Shown here: in pieces, positions 27,351-42,300 of the stretch
Layout of the letters: the number at the start of each line of letters is the position of its first letter
Numbering within the stretch: the stretch's first letter is position 1
Origin: Eledone cirrhosa
Lineage: Eukaryota
DNA length: 64,000 bases
Assembly: GCA_964016885.1 (NCBI GenBank)
Contig: OZ024745.1
Coordinates: forward strand, 64,480,001 to 64,544,000
Direction of reading: 5' to 3'
The notes under the pieces: model-generated
Seen by the model: the letters and a program-made list of their open reading frames with translations, nothing else
The model's database searches: none
What the model was told of the DNA's origin: nothing
Made by a program: the position numbers and the translations under genes

Positions 27351-30300
27351 TTATTTGGGTGATCCATTTTTTATTTGGGGGATCCTTTTTTTATTTGGGT
27401 GATCCATTTTTTATTTGGGGGATTCATTTTTTATTTGGGTGATCCATTTTTTATTTGGGTGATCCATTTTTTATTTGGGGGATCCATTTTTTATTTGGGT
27501 GATCCATTATTTATTTGGGGGATCCATTTTTTATTTGGGGGATCCATTTTTTATTTGGGTGATCCATTTTTTATTTGGGGGATCCATTTTTTATTTGGGT
27601 GATCCATTTTTTATTTGTGGGATCCATTTTTTATTTGGGGGATCCATTTTTTATTTGGAGGATCCATTTTTTATTTGGGTGATCCATTTTTTATTTGGGT
27701 GATCCATTTATTATTTGGGGGATCCATTTTTTATTTGGGGGCAGAATTTTTATTTGGGTGATCCATTTTCTATTTGGGTGATCCATTTTTTATTTGGGTG
27801 ATCCATTTTTTATTTGGGGGATCCATTTTTTATTTGGGGGATCCATTTTTTAATTGGGTGATCCATTTTTTATTTGGGTGATCCATTTTTTATTTGGGGG
27901 ATCCATTTTTTATTTGGGTGATCCATTTTTTATTTGGGGGATCCATTTTTTATTTGGGGGATCCATTTTTTATTTGGGTGATACATTTTTTATTTGGGTG
28001 ATCAATTTTTTATTTGGGTGATACATTTTTAATTTGGGTGATCCATTTTTTATTTGGGGGATCCATTTTTTATTTGGGTGATCCATTTTTTATTTGGGGG
28101 ATCCATTTTTTATTTGGGTGATCCATTTTTTATTTGGGTGATCCATTTTTTAATTGGGTGATCCATTCTTTATTTGGGGGATCCATTTTTTATTTGGGTG
28201 ATCCATTTTTTATTTGGGTGGTCCATTTTTTATTTGGGTGATCCATTTTTTATTTGGGGGATCCATTATTTATTTGGGTGATCCATTTTTTATTTGGGGA
28301 TCCATTTTTTATTTGGGTGATCCATTTTTTATTTGGGTGATCCATTTTGTATTTGGGGGATCCATTTTTTATTTGGGTGATCCATTTTTTATTTGGGGGG
28401 TCCATTTTTTATTTGGGGGATCCATTTTTATTTGGGTGATCCATTTTTTATTTGGGGGATCCATTTTTTATTTGGGTAATCCATTTTTTATTTGGGTTGA
28501 TCCCTTTTTTATTTGGGGGATCCATTTTTTATTTGGGTGATCCATTTTTTATTTGGGGGATCCATTTTTTATTTGGGGGATCCATTTCTTATTTGGGTGA
28601 TCCATTTTTTATTAGGGGGATCCATTTTTTATTTGGGTGATCCATTTTTATTTGGAGATCCATTTTTTTATTTAGGTGATCTATTTTATAATTGGGCGAT
28701 CCATTTTTTATTTGGGGGATCCATTTTTTATTTGGGGGAACCATTATTTATTTGGGTGATCCATTTTTTATTTGGGTGATCCATTTTTTATTTGGGTGAT
28801 CCATTTTTTATTTGGGTGATCCATTTTTTATTTGGGTGATCCATTTTTTATTTGGGGGATCCATTTTTTATTTGGGTGATCCATTTTTTATTTGGGTGAT
28901 CCATTTTTTATTTGAGGGATCCATTTTATATTTGGGTGATCCATTTTTTATTTGGGTGATCCATTTTTTATTTGGGGGATCCATTTTTTATTTGGGGGAT
29001 CCATTTTTTATTTGGGGGATCCATTTTTTATTTGGGTGATCCATTTTTTATTTGGGGGATCCATTTTTTATTTGGGTGATCCATTTTTTATTTGGGGGAT
29101 CCATTTTTGATTTCGGGGATCCATTTTTTATTTGGGTGATTCATTTTTTATTTGGGGGATCCATTTTTTTTATTTGGGGGTCCATTTTTTATTTGGGTGA
29201 TCCATTTTTTATTTGGGTGATCCATTTTTTATTTGGGGGATCCATTTTTATTTGGGTCATCCATTTTTTATTTGGGGAACCATTTTTTATTTGGGGGATC
29301 CATTTTTTATTTTGGGTGATCTATTTTTTATTAGGGGGATCCATTTTCTATTTGGGTGATCCATTTTTATTTGTAGATCCATTTTTTAATTGGGGGATCC
29401 ATTTTTTATTTAGTTGATCCATTTTTTAATTGGGTGATCCATTTTTTATTTGGGTGATCCATTTTTTATTTGGGTATTCCATTTTTTATTTGTGGGATCC
29501 ATTTTTTATTTGGGGGATCCATTTTTTATTTGGGGGATCCAATTTTATTTGGGTGATCCATTTTTTATTTGGGTGATCCATTTTTTATTTGGGGGATCCA
29601 ATTTTTATTTGGGTGATCCATTTTTTATTTGGGTGATACATTTTTTATTTGGGGGATCCATTTTTTATTTGGGTGATCCATTTTTTGTTTGTGGAATCCA
29701 TTTTTTATTTGGGGGATCCATTTTTTATTTGGGTGATCCATTTTTTATTTGGGTGATCCATTTTTTATTTGGGGGATCCATTTTTAATTTGGGTGATCCA
29801 TTTTTTATTTGGGGGATCCATTTTTTATTTGGGTGATCCATTTTTTATTTGGGGGATCCATTTTTTAATTGGGTGATCCATTTTTTATTTGGGGGATCCA
29901 TTTTTTATTTGGGTGATCCATTTTTTATTTGGGGGATCCATTTTTTATTTGGGTGATCCATATTTTATTTGGGTGATCCATTTTTTATTTGGGGGATCCT
30001 TTTTTTATTTGGGTGATCCATTTTTTATTTGGGGGATTCATTTTTTATTTGGGTGATCCATTTTTTATTTGGGTGATCCATTTTTTATTTGGGGGATCCA
30101 TTTTTTATTTGGGTGATCCATTATTTATTTGGGGGATCCATTTTTTATTTGGGGGATCCATTTTTTATTTGGGTGATCCATTTTTTATTTGGGGGATCCA
30201 TTTTTTATTTGGGTGATCCATTTTTTATTTGTGGGATCCATTTTTTATTTGGGGGATCCATTTTTTATTTGGAGGATCCATTTTTTATTTGGGTGATCCA

Positions 30301-33300
30301 TTTTTTATTTGGGTGATCCATTTATTATTTGGGGGATCCATTTTTTATTTGGGGGCAGAATTTTTATTTGGGTGATCCATTTTCTATTTGGGTGATCCAT
30401 TTTTTATTTGGGTGATCCATTTTTTATTTGGGGGATCCATTTTTTATTTGGGGGCAGAATTTTTATTTGGGTGATCCACTTTCTATTTGGGTGATCCATT
30501 TTTTATTTGGGTGATCCATTTTTTATTTGGGTATTCCATTTTTTATTTGTGGGATCCATTTTTTATTTGGGTGATCCATTTTTTATTTGGGTGATCCAGT
30601 TTTTATTTGGGTCATCCATTTTTTATTTGGGGTATCCATTTTTTATTTGGGGGATCCATTTTTTATTTTGGGTGATCCATTTTTTATTAGGGGGATCCAT
30701 TTTTTATTTGGGTGATCCATTTTTATTTGTAGATCCATTTTTTATTTGGGTGATCCATTTTTTAATTGGATGATCCATTTTTTATTTGGGGGATCCATTT
30801 TTTATTTGGGGGATCCATTATTTATTTGGGTGATCCATTTTTTATTTGGGTGATCCATTTTTTATTTGGGGGATCCATTTTTTATTTGGGTGATCCATTT
30901 TTTATTTGGGTGATCCATTTTTTAATTGGGGGATCCATTTTTTATTTAGTTGATCCATTTTTTAATTGGGTGATCCATTTTTTATTTGGGGGATCCATTT
31001 TTTATTTGGGGGATCCATTGCTTATTTGGGTGATTCATTGTTTATTTGGGTGATCCATTTTTTATTTGGGTGATCCATTTTTTATTTGGGGGATCCATTT
31101 TTTATTTGGGGGATCCATTTTTTATTTGGGTGATCCATTTTTTATTTGGGTGATCCATTTTTTATTTGTGGGATCCATTTTTTATTTGGGGGATCCATTT
31201 TTTATTTGGGGGATCCTTTTTTTATTTGGGTGATCCATTTTTTATTTGGGTGATCCATTTTTTATTTGTGGGATCCATTTTTTATTTGGGTGATCCATTT
31301 TTTATTTGGGTGATCCATTTTTTATTTGGGGGATCCATTTTTTATTTGGGTGATCCATTTTTTATTTGGGGGATCCATTTTTTATTTGGGGGATCCATTT
31401 TTTATTTGGGTGATACATTTTTTATTTGGGTGATCCATTTTTTATTTGGGTGATACATTTTTAATTTGGGTGATCCATTTTTTATTTGGGGGATCCATTT
31501 TTTATTTGGGTGATCCATTTTTTAATTGGGTGATCCATTTTTTATTTGGGGGATCCATTTTTTATTTGGGTGATCCATTTTTTATTTGGGTGGTCCATTT
31601 TTTATTTGGGTGATCCATTTTTTATTTGGGGGATCCATTATTTATTTGGGTGATCCATTTTTTATTTGGGGATCCATTTTTTATTTGGGTGATCCATTTT
31701 TTATTTGGGTGATCCATTTTTTATTTGGGGGATCCATTTTTTATTTGGGTGATCCATTTTTTATTTGGGGGGTCCATTTTTTATTTGGGGGATCCATTTT
31801 TATTTGGGTGATCCATTTTTTATTTGGGGGATCCATTTTTTATTTGGGTGATCCATTTTTTATTTGGGTTGATCCCTTTTTTATTTGGGGGATCCATTTT
31901 TTATTTGGGTGATCCATTATTTATTTGGGGGATCCATTTTTTATTTGGGGGATCCATTTCTTATTTGGGTGATCCATTTTTTATTAGGGGGATCCATTTT
32001 TTATTTGGGTGATCCATTTTTATTTGGAGATCCATTTTTTATTTAGGTGATCTATTTTATAATTGGGCGATCCATTTTTTATTTGGGGGGTCCATTTTTT
32101 ATTTGGGGGATCCATTATTTATTTGGGTGATCCATTTTTTATTTGGGTGATCCATTTTTTATTTGGGTGATCCATTTTTTATTTGGGTGATCCATTTTTT
32201 ATTTGGGTGATCCATTTTTTATTTGGGGGATCCATTTTTTATTTGGGTGATCCATTTTTTATTTGGGTGATCCATTTTTTATTTGAGGGATCCATTTTAT
32301 ATTTGGGTGATCCATTTTTTATTTGGGTGATCCATTTTTTATTTGGGGGATCCATTTTTTATTTGGGGGATCCATTTTTTATTTGGGGGATCCATTTTTT
32401 ATTTGGGTGATCCATTTTTTATTTGGGGGATCCATTTTTTATTTGGGTGATCCATTTTTTATTTGGGGGATCCATTTTTTATTTCGGGGATCCATTTTTT
32501 ATTTGGGTGATTCATTTTTTATTTGGGGGATCCATTTTTTTTTATTTGGGGTTCCATTTTTTATTTGGGTGATCCATTTTTTATTTGGGTGATCCATTTT
32601 TTATTTGGGGAACCATTTTTTATTTGGGGGATCCATTTTTTATTTTGGGTGATCTATTTTTTATTAGGGGGATCCATTTTCTATTTGGGTGATCCATTTT
32701 TATTTGTAGATCCATTTTTTAATTGGGGGATCCATTTTTTATTTAGTTGATCCATTTTTTAATTGGGTGATCCATTTTTTATTTGGGTGATCCATTTTTT
32801 ATTTGGGTATTCCATTTTTTATTTGTGGGATCCATTTTTTATTTGGGGGATCCATTTTTTATTTGGGGGATCCAATTTTATTTGGGTGATCCATTTTTTA
32901 TTTGGGTGATCCATTTTTTATTTGGGGGATCCAATTTTTATTTGGGTGATCCATTTTTTATTTGGGTGATACATTTTTTATTTGGGGGATCCATTTTTTA
33001 TTTGGGTGATCCACTTTTTATTTGTGGAATCCATTTTTTATTTGGGGGATCCATTTTTTATTTGGGTGATCCATTCTTTATTTGGGCGATCCATTTTTTA
33101 TTTGGGGGATCCATTTTTAATTTGGGTGATCCATTTTTTATTTGGGGGATCCATTTTTTATTTGGGTGATCCATTTTTTATTTGGGGGATCCATTTTTTA
33201 ATTGGGTGATCCATTTTTTATTTGGGGGATCCATTTTTTATTTGGGTGATCCATTTTTTATTTGGGGGATCCATTTTTTATTTGGGTGATCCATATTTTA

Positions 33301-36300
33301 TTTGGGTGATCCATTTTTTATTTGGGGGATCCTTTTTTTATTTGGGTGATCCATTTTTTATTTGGGGGATTCATTTTTTATTTGGGTGATCCATTTTTTA
33401 TTTGGGTGATCCATTTTTTATTTGGGGGATCCATTTTTTATTTGGGTGATCCATTATTTATTTGGGGGATCCATTTTTTATTTGGGGGATCCATTTTTTA
33501 TTTGGGTGATCCATTTTTTATTTGGGGGATCCATTTTTTATTTGGGTGATCCATTTTTTATTTGTGGGATCCATTTTTTATTTGGGGGATCCATTTTTTA
33601 TTTGGAGGATCCATTTTTTATTTGGGTGATCCATTTTTTATTTGGGTGATCCATTTATTATTTGGGGGATCCATTTTTTATTTGGGGGCAGAATTTTTAT
33701 TTGGGTGATCCATTTTCTATTTGGGTGATCCATTTTTTATTTGGGTGATCCATTTTTTATTTGGGGGATCCATTTTTTATTTGGGGGCAGAATTTTTATT
33801 TGGGTGATCCACTTTCTATTTGGGTGATCCATTTTTTATTTGGGGGATCCATTTTTTATTTGGGGGATCCTTTTTTATTTGGGTGATCCATTTTTTATTT
33901 GGGGGATCCATTTTTTATTTGGGTGATCCATTTTTTATTTGTGGGATCCATTTTTTATTTGGGGGATCCATTTTTTATTTGGGGGATCCATTTTTTATTT
34001 GGGTGATCCATTTTTTATTTGGGGGATCCATTTTTTATTTGGGTGATCCATTTTTTATTTGGGTGATCCATTTTTTATTTGGGGGATCCATTTATTATTT
34101 GGGGGATCCATTTTTTTATTTGGGTGATCCATTCTTTATTTGGGTGATCCATTTTTTATTTGGGGGATCCATTTTTTATTTTGGGTGATCCATTTTTTAT
34201 TAGGGGGATCCATTTTTTATTTGGGTGATCCATTTTTATTTGTAGATCCATTTTTTATTTGGGTGATCCATTTTTTATTTGGGGGATCCATTTTTTATTT
34301 GGGGGATCCAATTTTTATTTGGGGGATCCATTTTTTATTTGGGTGATACATTTTTTATTTGGGGGATCCATTTTTTATTTGGGTGATCCATTTTTTATTT
34401 GGGTGATCCATTTTTTATTTGGGTGATCCATTTTTTATTTGGGGGATCCATTTTTTATTTGGGTGATCCATTTTTTATTTGGGGGATCCATTTTTTATTT
34501 GGGGGATCCATTTTTTATTTGGGTGATACATTTTTTATTTGGGTGATCCATTTTTTATTTGGGTGATACATTTTTAATTTGGGTGATCCATTTTTTATTT
34601 GGGGGATCCATTTTTTATTTGGGTGATCCATTTTTTATTTGGGGGATCCATTTTTTATTTGGGTGATCCATTTTTTATTTGGGTGATCCATTTTTTAATT
34701 GGGTGATCCATTTTTTATTTGGGGGATCCATTTTTTATTTGGGTGATCCATTTTTTATTTGGGTGGTCCATTTTTTATTTGGGTGATCCATTTTTTATTT
34801 GGGGGATCCATTATTTATTTGGGTGATCCATTTTTTATTTGGGGATCCATTTTTTATTTGGGTGATCCATTATTTATTTGGGTGATCCATTTTTTATTTG
34901 GGGGATCCATTTTTTATTTGGGTGATCCATTTTTTATTTGGGGGGTCCATTTTTTATTTGGGGGATCCATTTTTATTTGGGTGATCCATTTTTTATTTGG
35001 GGGATCCATTTTTTATTTGGGTGATCCATTTTTTATTTGGGTTGATCCCTTTTTTATTTGGGGGATCCATTTTTTATTTGGGTGATCCATTTTTTATTTG
35101 GGGGATCCATTTTTTATTTGGGGGATCCATTTCTTATTTGGGTGATCCATTTTTTATTAGGGGGATCCATTTTTTATTTGGGTGATCCATTTTTATTTGG
35201 AGATCCATTTTTTATTTAGGTGATCTATTTTATAATTGGGCGATCCATTTTTTATTTGGGGGATCCATTTTTTATTTGGGGGAACCATTATTTATTTGGG
35301 TGATCCATTTTTTATTTGGGTGATCCATTTTTTATTTGGGTGATCCATTTTTTATTTGGGTGATCCATTTTTTATTTGGGGGATCCATTTTTTATTTGGG
35401 TGATCCATTTTTTATTTGGGTGATCCATTTTTTATTTGAGGGATCCATTTTATATTTGGGTGATCCATTTTTTATTTGGGTGATCCATTTTTTATTTGGG
35501 GGATCCATTTTTTATTTGGGGGATCCATTTTTTATTTGGGGGATCCATTTTTTATTTGGGTGATCCATTTTTTATTTGGGGGATCCATTTTTTATTTGGG
35601 TGATCCATTTTTTATTTGGGGGATCCATTTTTGATTTCGGGGATCCATTTTTTATTTGGGTGATTCATTTTTTATTTGGGGGATCCATTTTTTTTATTTG
35701 GGGGTCCATTTTTTATTTGGGTGATCCATTTTTTATTTGGGTGATCCATTTTTTATTTGGGGGATCCATTTTTATTTGGGTCATCCATTTTTTATTTGGG
35801 GAACCATTTTTTATTTGGGGGATCCATTTTTTATTTTGGGTGATCTATTTTTTATTAGGGGGATCCATTTTCTATTTGGGTGATCCATTTTTATTTGTAG
35901 ACCCATTTTTTAATTGGGGGATCCATTTTTTATTTAGTTGATCCATTTTTTAATTGGGTGATCCATTTTTTATTTGGGTGATCCATTTTTTATTTGGGTA
36001 TTCCATTTTTTATTTGTGGGATCCATTTTTTATTTGGGGGATCCATTTTTTATTTGGGGGATCCAATTTTATTTGGGTGATCCATTTTTTATTTGGGTGA
36101 TCCATTTTTTATTTGGGGGATCCAATTTTTATTTGGGTGATCCATTTTTTATTTGGGTGATACATTTTTTATTTGGGGGATCCATTTTTTATTTGGGTGA
36201 TCCATTTTTTATTTGTGGAATCCATTTTTTATTTGGGGGATCCATTTTTTATTTGGGTGATCCATTTTTTATTTGGGTGATCCATTTTTTATTTGGGGGA

Positions 36301-39300
36301 TCCATTTTTAATTTGGGTGATCCATTTTTTATTTGGGGGATCCATTTTTTATTTGGGTGATCCATTTTTTATTTGGGGGATCCATTTTTTAATTGGGTGA
36401 TCCATTTTTTATTTGGGGGATCCATTTTTTATTTGGGTGATCCATTTTTTATTTGGGGGATCCATTTTTTATTTGGATGATCCATATTTTATTTGGGTGA
36501 TCCATTTTTTATTTGGGGGATCCTTTTTTTATTTGGGTGATCCATTTTTTATTTGGGGGATTCATTTTTTATTTGGGTGATCCATTTTTTATTTGGGTGA
36601 TCCATTTTTTATTTGGGGGATCCATTTTTTATTTGGGTGATCCATTATTTATTTGGGGGATCCATTTTTTATTTGGGGGATCCATTTTTTATTTGGGTGA
36701 TCCATTTTTTATTTGGGGGATCCATTTTTTATTTGGGTGATCCATTTTTTATTTGTGGGATCCATTTTTTATTTGGGGGATCCATTTTTTATTTGGAGGA
36801 TCCATTTATTATTTGGGTGATCCATTTTTTATTTGGGTGATCCATTTATTATTTGGGGGATCCATTTTTTATTTGGGGGCAGAATTTTTATTTGGGTGAT
36901 CCATTTTCTATTTGGGTGATCCATTTTTTATTTGGGTGATCCATTTTTTATTTGGGGGATCCATTTTTTATTTGGGGGCAGAATTTTTATTTGGGTGATC
37001 CACTTTCTATTTGGGTGATCCATTTTTTATTTGGGTGATCCATTTTTTATTTGGGTATTCCATTTTTTATTTGTGGGATCCATTTTTTATTTGGGTGATC
37101 CATTTTTTATTTGGGGGATCCAGTTTTTATTTGGGTCATCCATTTTTTATTTGGGGTATCCATTTTTTATTTGGGGGATCCATTTTTTATTTTGGGTGAT
37201 CCATTTTTTATTAGGGGGATCCATTTTTTATTTGGGTGATCCATTTTTATTTGTAGATCCATTTTTTATTTGGGTGATCCATTTTTTAATTGGATGATCC
37301 ATTTTTTATTTGGGGGATCCATTTTTTATTTGGGGGATCCATTATTTATTTGGGTGATCCATTTTTTATTTGGGTGATCCATTTTTTATTTGGGGGATCC
37401 ATTTTTTATTTGGGTGATCCATTTTTTATTTGGGTGATCCATTTTTTAATTGGGGGATCCATTTTTTATTTAGTTGATCCATTTTTTAATTGGGTGATCC
37501 ATTTTTTATTTGGGGGATCCATTTTTTATTTGGGGGATCCATTGTTTATTTGGGTGATTCATTGTTTATTTGGGTGATCCATTTTTTATTTGGGTGATCC
37601 ATTTTTTATTTGGGGGATCCATTTTTTATTTGGGGGATCCATTTTTTATTTGGGTGATCCATTTTTTATTTGGGTGATCCATTTTTTATTTGTGGGATCC
37701 ATTTTTTATTTGGGGGATCCATTTTTTATTTGGGGGATCCTTTTTTTATTTGGGTGATCCATTTTTTATTTGGGTGATCCATTTTTTATTTGTGGGATCC
37801 ATTTTTTATTTGGGTGATCCATTTTTTATTTGGGTGATCCATTTTTTATTTGGGGGATCCATTTTTTATTTGGGTGATCCATTTTTTATTTGGGGGATCC
37901 ATTTTTTATTTGGGGGATCCATTTTTTATTTGGGTGATACATTTTTTATTTGGGTGATCCATTTTTTATTTGGGTGATACATTTTTAATTTGGGTGATCC
38001 ATTTTTTATTTGGGGGATCCATTTTTTATTTGGGTGATCCATTTTTTTATTTGGGGGATCCATTTTTTATTTGGGTGATCCATTTTTTATTTGGGTGATC
38101 CATTTTTTAATTGGGTGATCCATTTTTTATTTGGGGGATCCATTTTTTATTTGGGTGATCCATTTTTTATTTGGGTGGTCCATTTTTTATTTGGGTGATC
38201 CATTTTTTATTTGGGGGATCCATTATTTATTTGGGTGATCCATTTTTTATTTGGGGATCCATTTTTTATTTGGGTGATCCATTTTTTATTTGGGTGATCC
38301 ATTTTTTATTTGGGGGATCCATTTTTTATTTGGGTGATCCATTTTTTATTTGGGGGGTCCATTTTTTATTTGGGGGATCCATTTTTATTTGGGTGATCCA
38401 TTTTTTATTTGGGGGATCCATTTTTTATTTGGGTGATCCATTTTTTATTTGGGTTGATCCCTTTTTTATTTGGGGGATCCATTTTTTATTTGGGTGGTCC
38501 ATTATTTATTTGGGGGATCCATTTTTTATTTGGGGGATCCATTTCTTATTTGGGTGATCCATTTTTTATTAGGGGGATCCATTTTTTATTTGGGTGATCC
38601 ATTTTTATTTGGAGATCCATTTTTTATTTAGGTGATCTATTTTATAATTGGGCGATCCATTTTTTATTTGGGGGGTCCATTTTTTATTTGGGGGATCCAT
38701 TATTTATTTGGGTGATCCATTTTTTATTTGGGTGATCCATTTTTTATTTGGGTGATCCATTTTTTATTTGGGTGATCCATTTTTTATTTGGGTGATCCAT
38801 TTTTTATTTGGGGGATCCATTTTTTATTTGGGTGATCCATTTTTTATTTGGGTGATCCATTTTTTATTTGAGGGATCCATTTTATATTTGGGTGATCCAT
38901 TTTTTATTTGGGTGATCCATTTTTTATTTGGGGGATCCATTTTTTATTTGGGGGATCCATTTTTTATTTGGGGGATCCATTTTTTATTTGGGTGATCCAT
39001 TTTTTATTTGGGGGATCCATTTTTTATTTGGGTGATTCATTTTTTATTTGGGGGATCCATTTTTTTTATTTGGGGGTCCATTTTTTATTTGGGTGATCCA
39101 TTTTTTATTTGGGTGATCCATTTTTTATTTGGGGAACCATTTTTTATTTGGGGGATCCATTTTTTATTTTGGGTGATCTATTTTTTATTAGGGGGATCCA
39201 TTTTCTATTTGGGTGATCCATTTTTATTTGTAGATCCATTTTTTAATTGGGGGATCCATTTTTTATTTAGTTGATCCATTTTTTAATTGGGTGATCCATT

Positions 39301-42300
39301 CTTTATTTGGGTGATCCATTTTTTATTTGGGTATTCCATTTTTTATTTGTGGGATCCATTTTTTATTTGGGGGATCCATTTTTTATTTGGGGGATCCAAT
39401 TTTATTTGGGTGATCCATTTTTTATTTGGGTGATCCATTTTTTATTTGGGGGATCCAATTTTTATTTGGGTGATCCATTTTTTATTTGGGTGATACATTT
39501 TTTATTTGGGGGATCCATTTTTTATTTGGGTGATCCATTTTTTATTTGTGGAATCCATTTTTTATTTGGGGGATCCATTTTTTATTTGGGTGATCCATTC
39601 TTTATTTGGGTGATCCATTTTTTATTTGGGGGATCCATTTTTAATTTGGGTGATCCATTTTTTATTTGGGGGATCCATTTTTTATTTGGGTGATCCATTT
39701 TTTATTTGGGGGATCCATTTTTTAATTGGGTGATCCATTTTTTATTTGGGGGATCCATTTTTTATTTGGGTGATCCATTTTTTATTTGGGGGATCCATTT
39801 TTTATTTGGGTGATCCATATTTTATTTGGGTGATCCATTTTTTATTTGGGGGATCCTTTTTTTATTTGGGTGATCCATTTTTTATTTGGGGGATTCATTT
39901 TTTATTTGGGTGATCCATTTTTTATTTGGGTGATCCATTTTTTATTTGGGGGATCCATTTTTTATTTGGGTGATCCATTATTTATTTGGGGGATCCATTT
40001 TTTATTTGGGGGATCCATTTTTTATTTGGGTGATCCATTTTTTATTTGGGGGATCCATTTTTTATTTGGGTGATCCATTTTTTATTTGTGGGATCCATTT
40101 TTTATTTGGGGGATCCATTTTTTATTTGGAGGATCCATTTTTTATTTGGGTGATCCATTTTTTATTTGGGTGATCCATTTATTATTTGGGGGATCCATTT
40201 TTTATTTGGGGGCAGAATTTTTATTTGGGTGATCCATTTTCTATTTGGGTGATCCATTTTTTATTTGGGTGATCCATTTTTTATTTGGGGGATCCATTTT
40301 TTATTTGGGGGATCCATTTTTTAATTGGGTGATCCATTTTTTATTTGGGTGATCCATTTTTTATTTGGGGGATCCATTTTTTATTTGGGTGATCCATTTT
40401 TTATTTGGGGGATCCATTTTTTATTTGGGGGATCCATTTTTTATTTGGGTGATACATTTTTTATTTGGGTGATCAATTTTTTATTTGGGTGATACATTTT
40501 TAATTTGGGTGATCCATTTTTTATTTGGGGGATCCATTTTTTATTTGGGTGATCCATTTTTTATTTGGGGGATCCATTTTTTATTTGGGTGATCCATTTT
40601 TTATTTGGGTGATCCATTTTTTAATTGGGTGATCCATTTTTTATTTGGGGGATCCATTTTTTATTTGGGTGATCCATTTTTTATTTGGGTGGTCCATTTT
40701 TTATTTGGGTGATCCATTTTTTATTTGGGGGATCCATTATTTATTTGGGTGATCCATTTTTTATTTGGGGATCCATTTTTTATTTGGGTGATCCATTTTT
40801 TATTTGGGTGATCCATTTTGTATTTGGGGGATCCATTTTTTATTTGGGTGATCCATTTTTTATTTGGGGGGTCCATTTTTTATTTGGGGGATCCATTTTT
40901 ATTTGGGTGATCCATTTTTTATTTGGGGGATCCATTTTTTATTTGGGTGATCCATTTTTTATTTGGGTTGATCCCTTTTTTATTTGGGGGATCCATTTTT
41001 TATTTGGGTGATCCATTTTTTATTTGGGGGATCCATTTTTTATTTGTGGGATCCATTTCTTATTTGGGTGATCCATTTTTTATTAGGGGGATCCATTTTT
41101 TATTTGGGTGATCCATTTTTATTTGGAGATCCATTTTTTATTTAGGTGATCTATTTTATAATTGGGCGATCCATTTTTTATTTGGGGGATCCATTTTTTA
41201 TTTGGGGGAACCATTATTTATTTGGGTGATCCATTTTTTATTTGGGTGATCCATTTTTTATTTGGGTGATCCATTTTTTATTTGGGTGATCCATTTTTTA
41301 TTTGGGTGATCCATTTTTTATTTGGGGGATCCATTTTTTATTTGGGTGATCCATTTTTTATTTGGGTGATCCATTTTTTATTTGGGGGATCCATTTTTTA
41401 TTTGGGGGATCCATTTTTTATTTGGGGGATCCATTTTTTATTTGGGTGATCCATTTTTTATTTGGGGGATCCATTTTTTATTTGGGTGATCCATTTTTTA
41501 TTTGGGGGATCCATTTTTGATTTCGGGGATCCATTTTTTATTTGGGTGATTCATTTTTTATTTGGGGGATCCATTTTTTTTATTTGGGGGTCCATTTTTT
41601 ATTTGGGTGATCCATTTTTTATTTGGGTGATCCATTTTTTATTTGGGGGATCCATTTTTATTTGGGTCATCCATTTTTTATTTGGGGAACCATTTTTTAT
41701 TTGGGGGATCCATTTTTTATTTTGGGTGATCTATTTTTTATTAGGGGGATCCATTTTCTATTTGGGTGATCCATTTTTATTTGTAGATCCATTTTTTAAT
41801 TGGGGGATCCATTTTTTATTTAGTTGATCCATTTTTTAATTGGGTGATCCATTTTTTATTTGGGTGATCCATTTTTTATTTGGGTATTCCATTTTTTATT
41901 TGTGGGATCCATTTTTTATTTGGGGGATCCATTTTTTATTTGGGGGATCCAATTTTATTTGGGTGATCCATTTTTTATTTGGGTGATCCATTTTTTATTT
42001 GGGGGATCCAATTTTTATTTGGGTGATCCATTTTTTATTTGGGTGATACATTTTTTATTTGGGGGATCCATTTTTTATTTGGGTGATCCATTTTTTATTT
42101 GTGGAATCCATTTTTTATTTGGGGGATCCATTTTTTATTTGGGTGATCCATTTTTTATTTGGGTGATCCATTTTTTATTTGGGGGATCCATTTTTAATTT
42201 GGGTGATCCATTTTTTATTTGGGGGATCCATTTTTTATTTGGGTGATCCATTTTTTATTTGGGGGATCCATTTTTTAATTGGGTGATCCATTTTTTATTT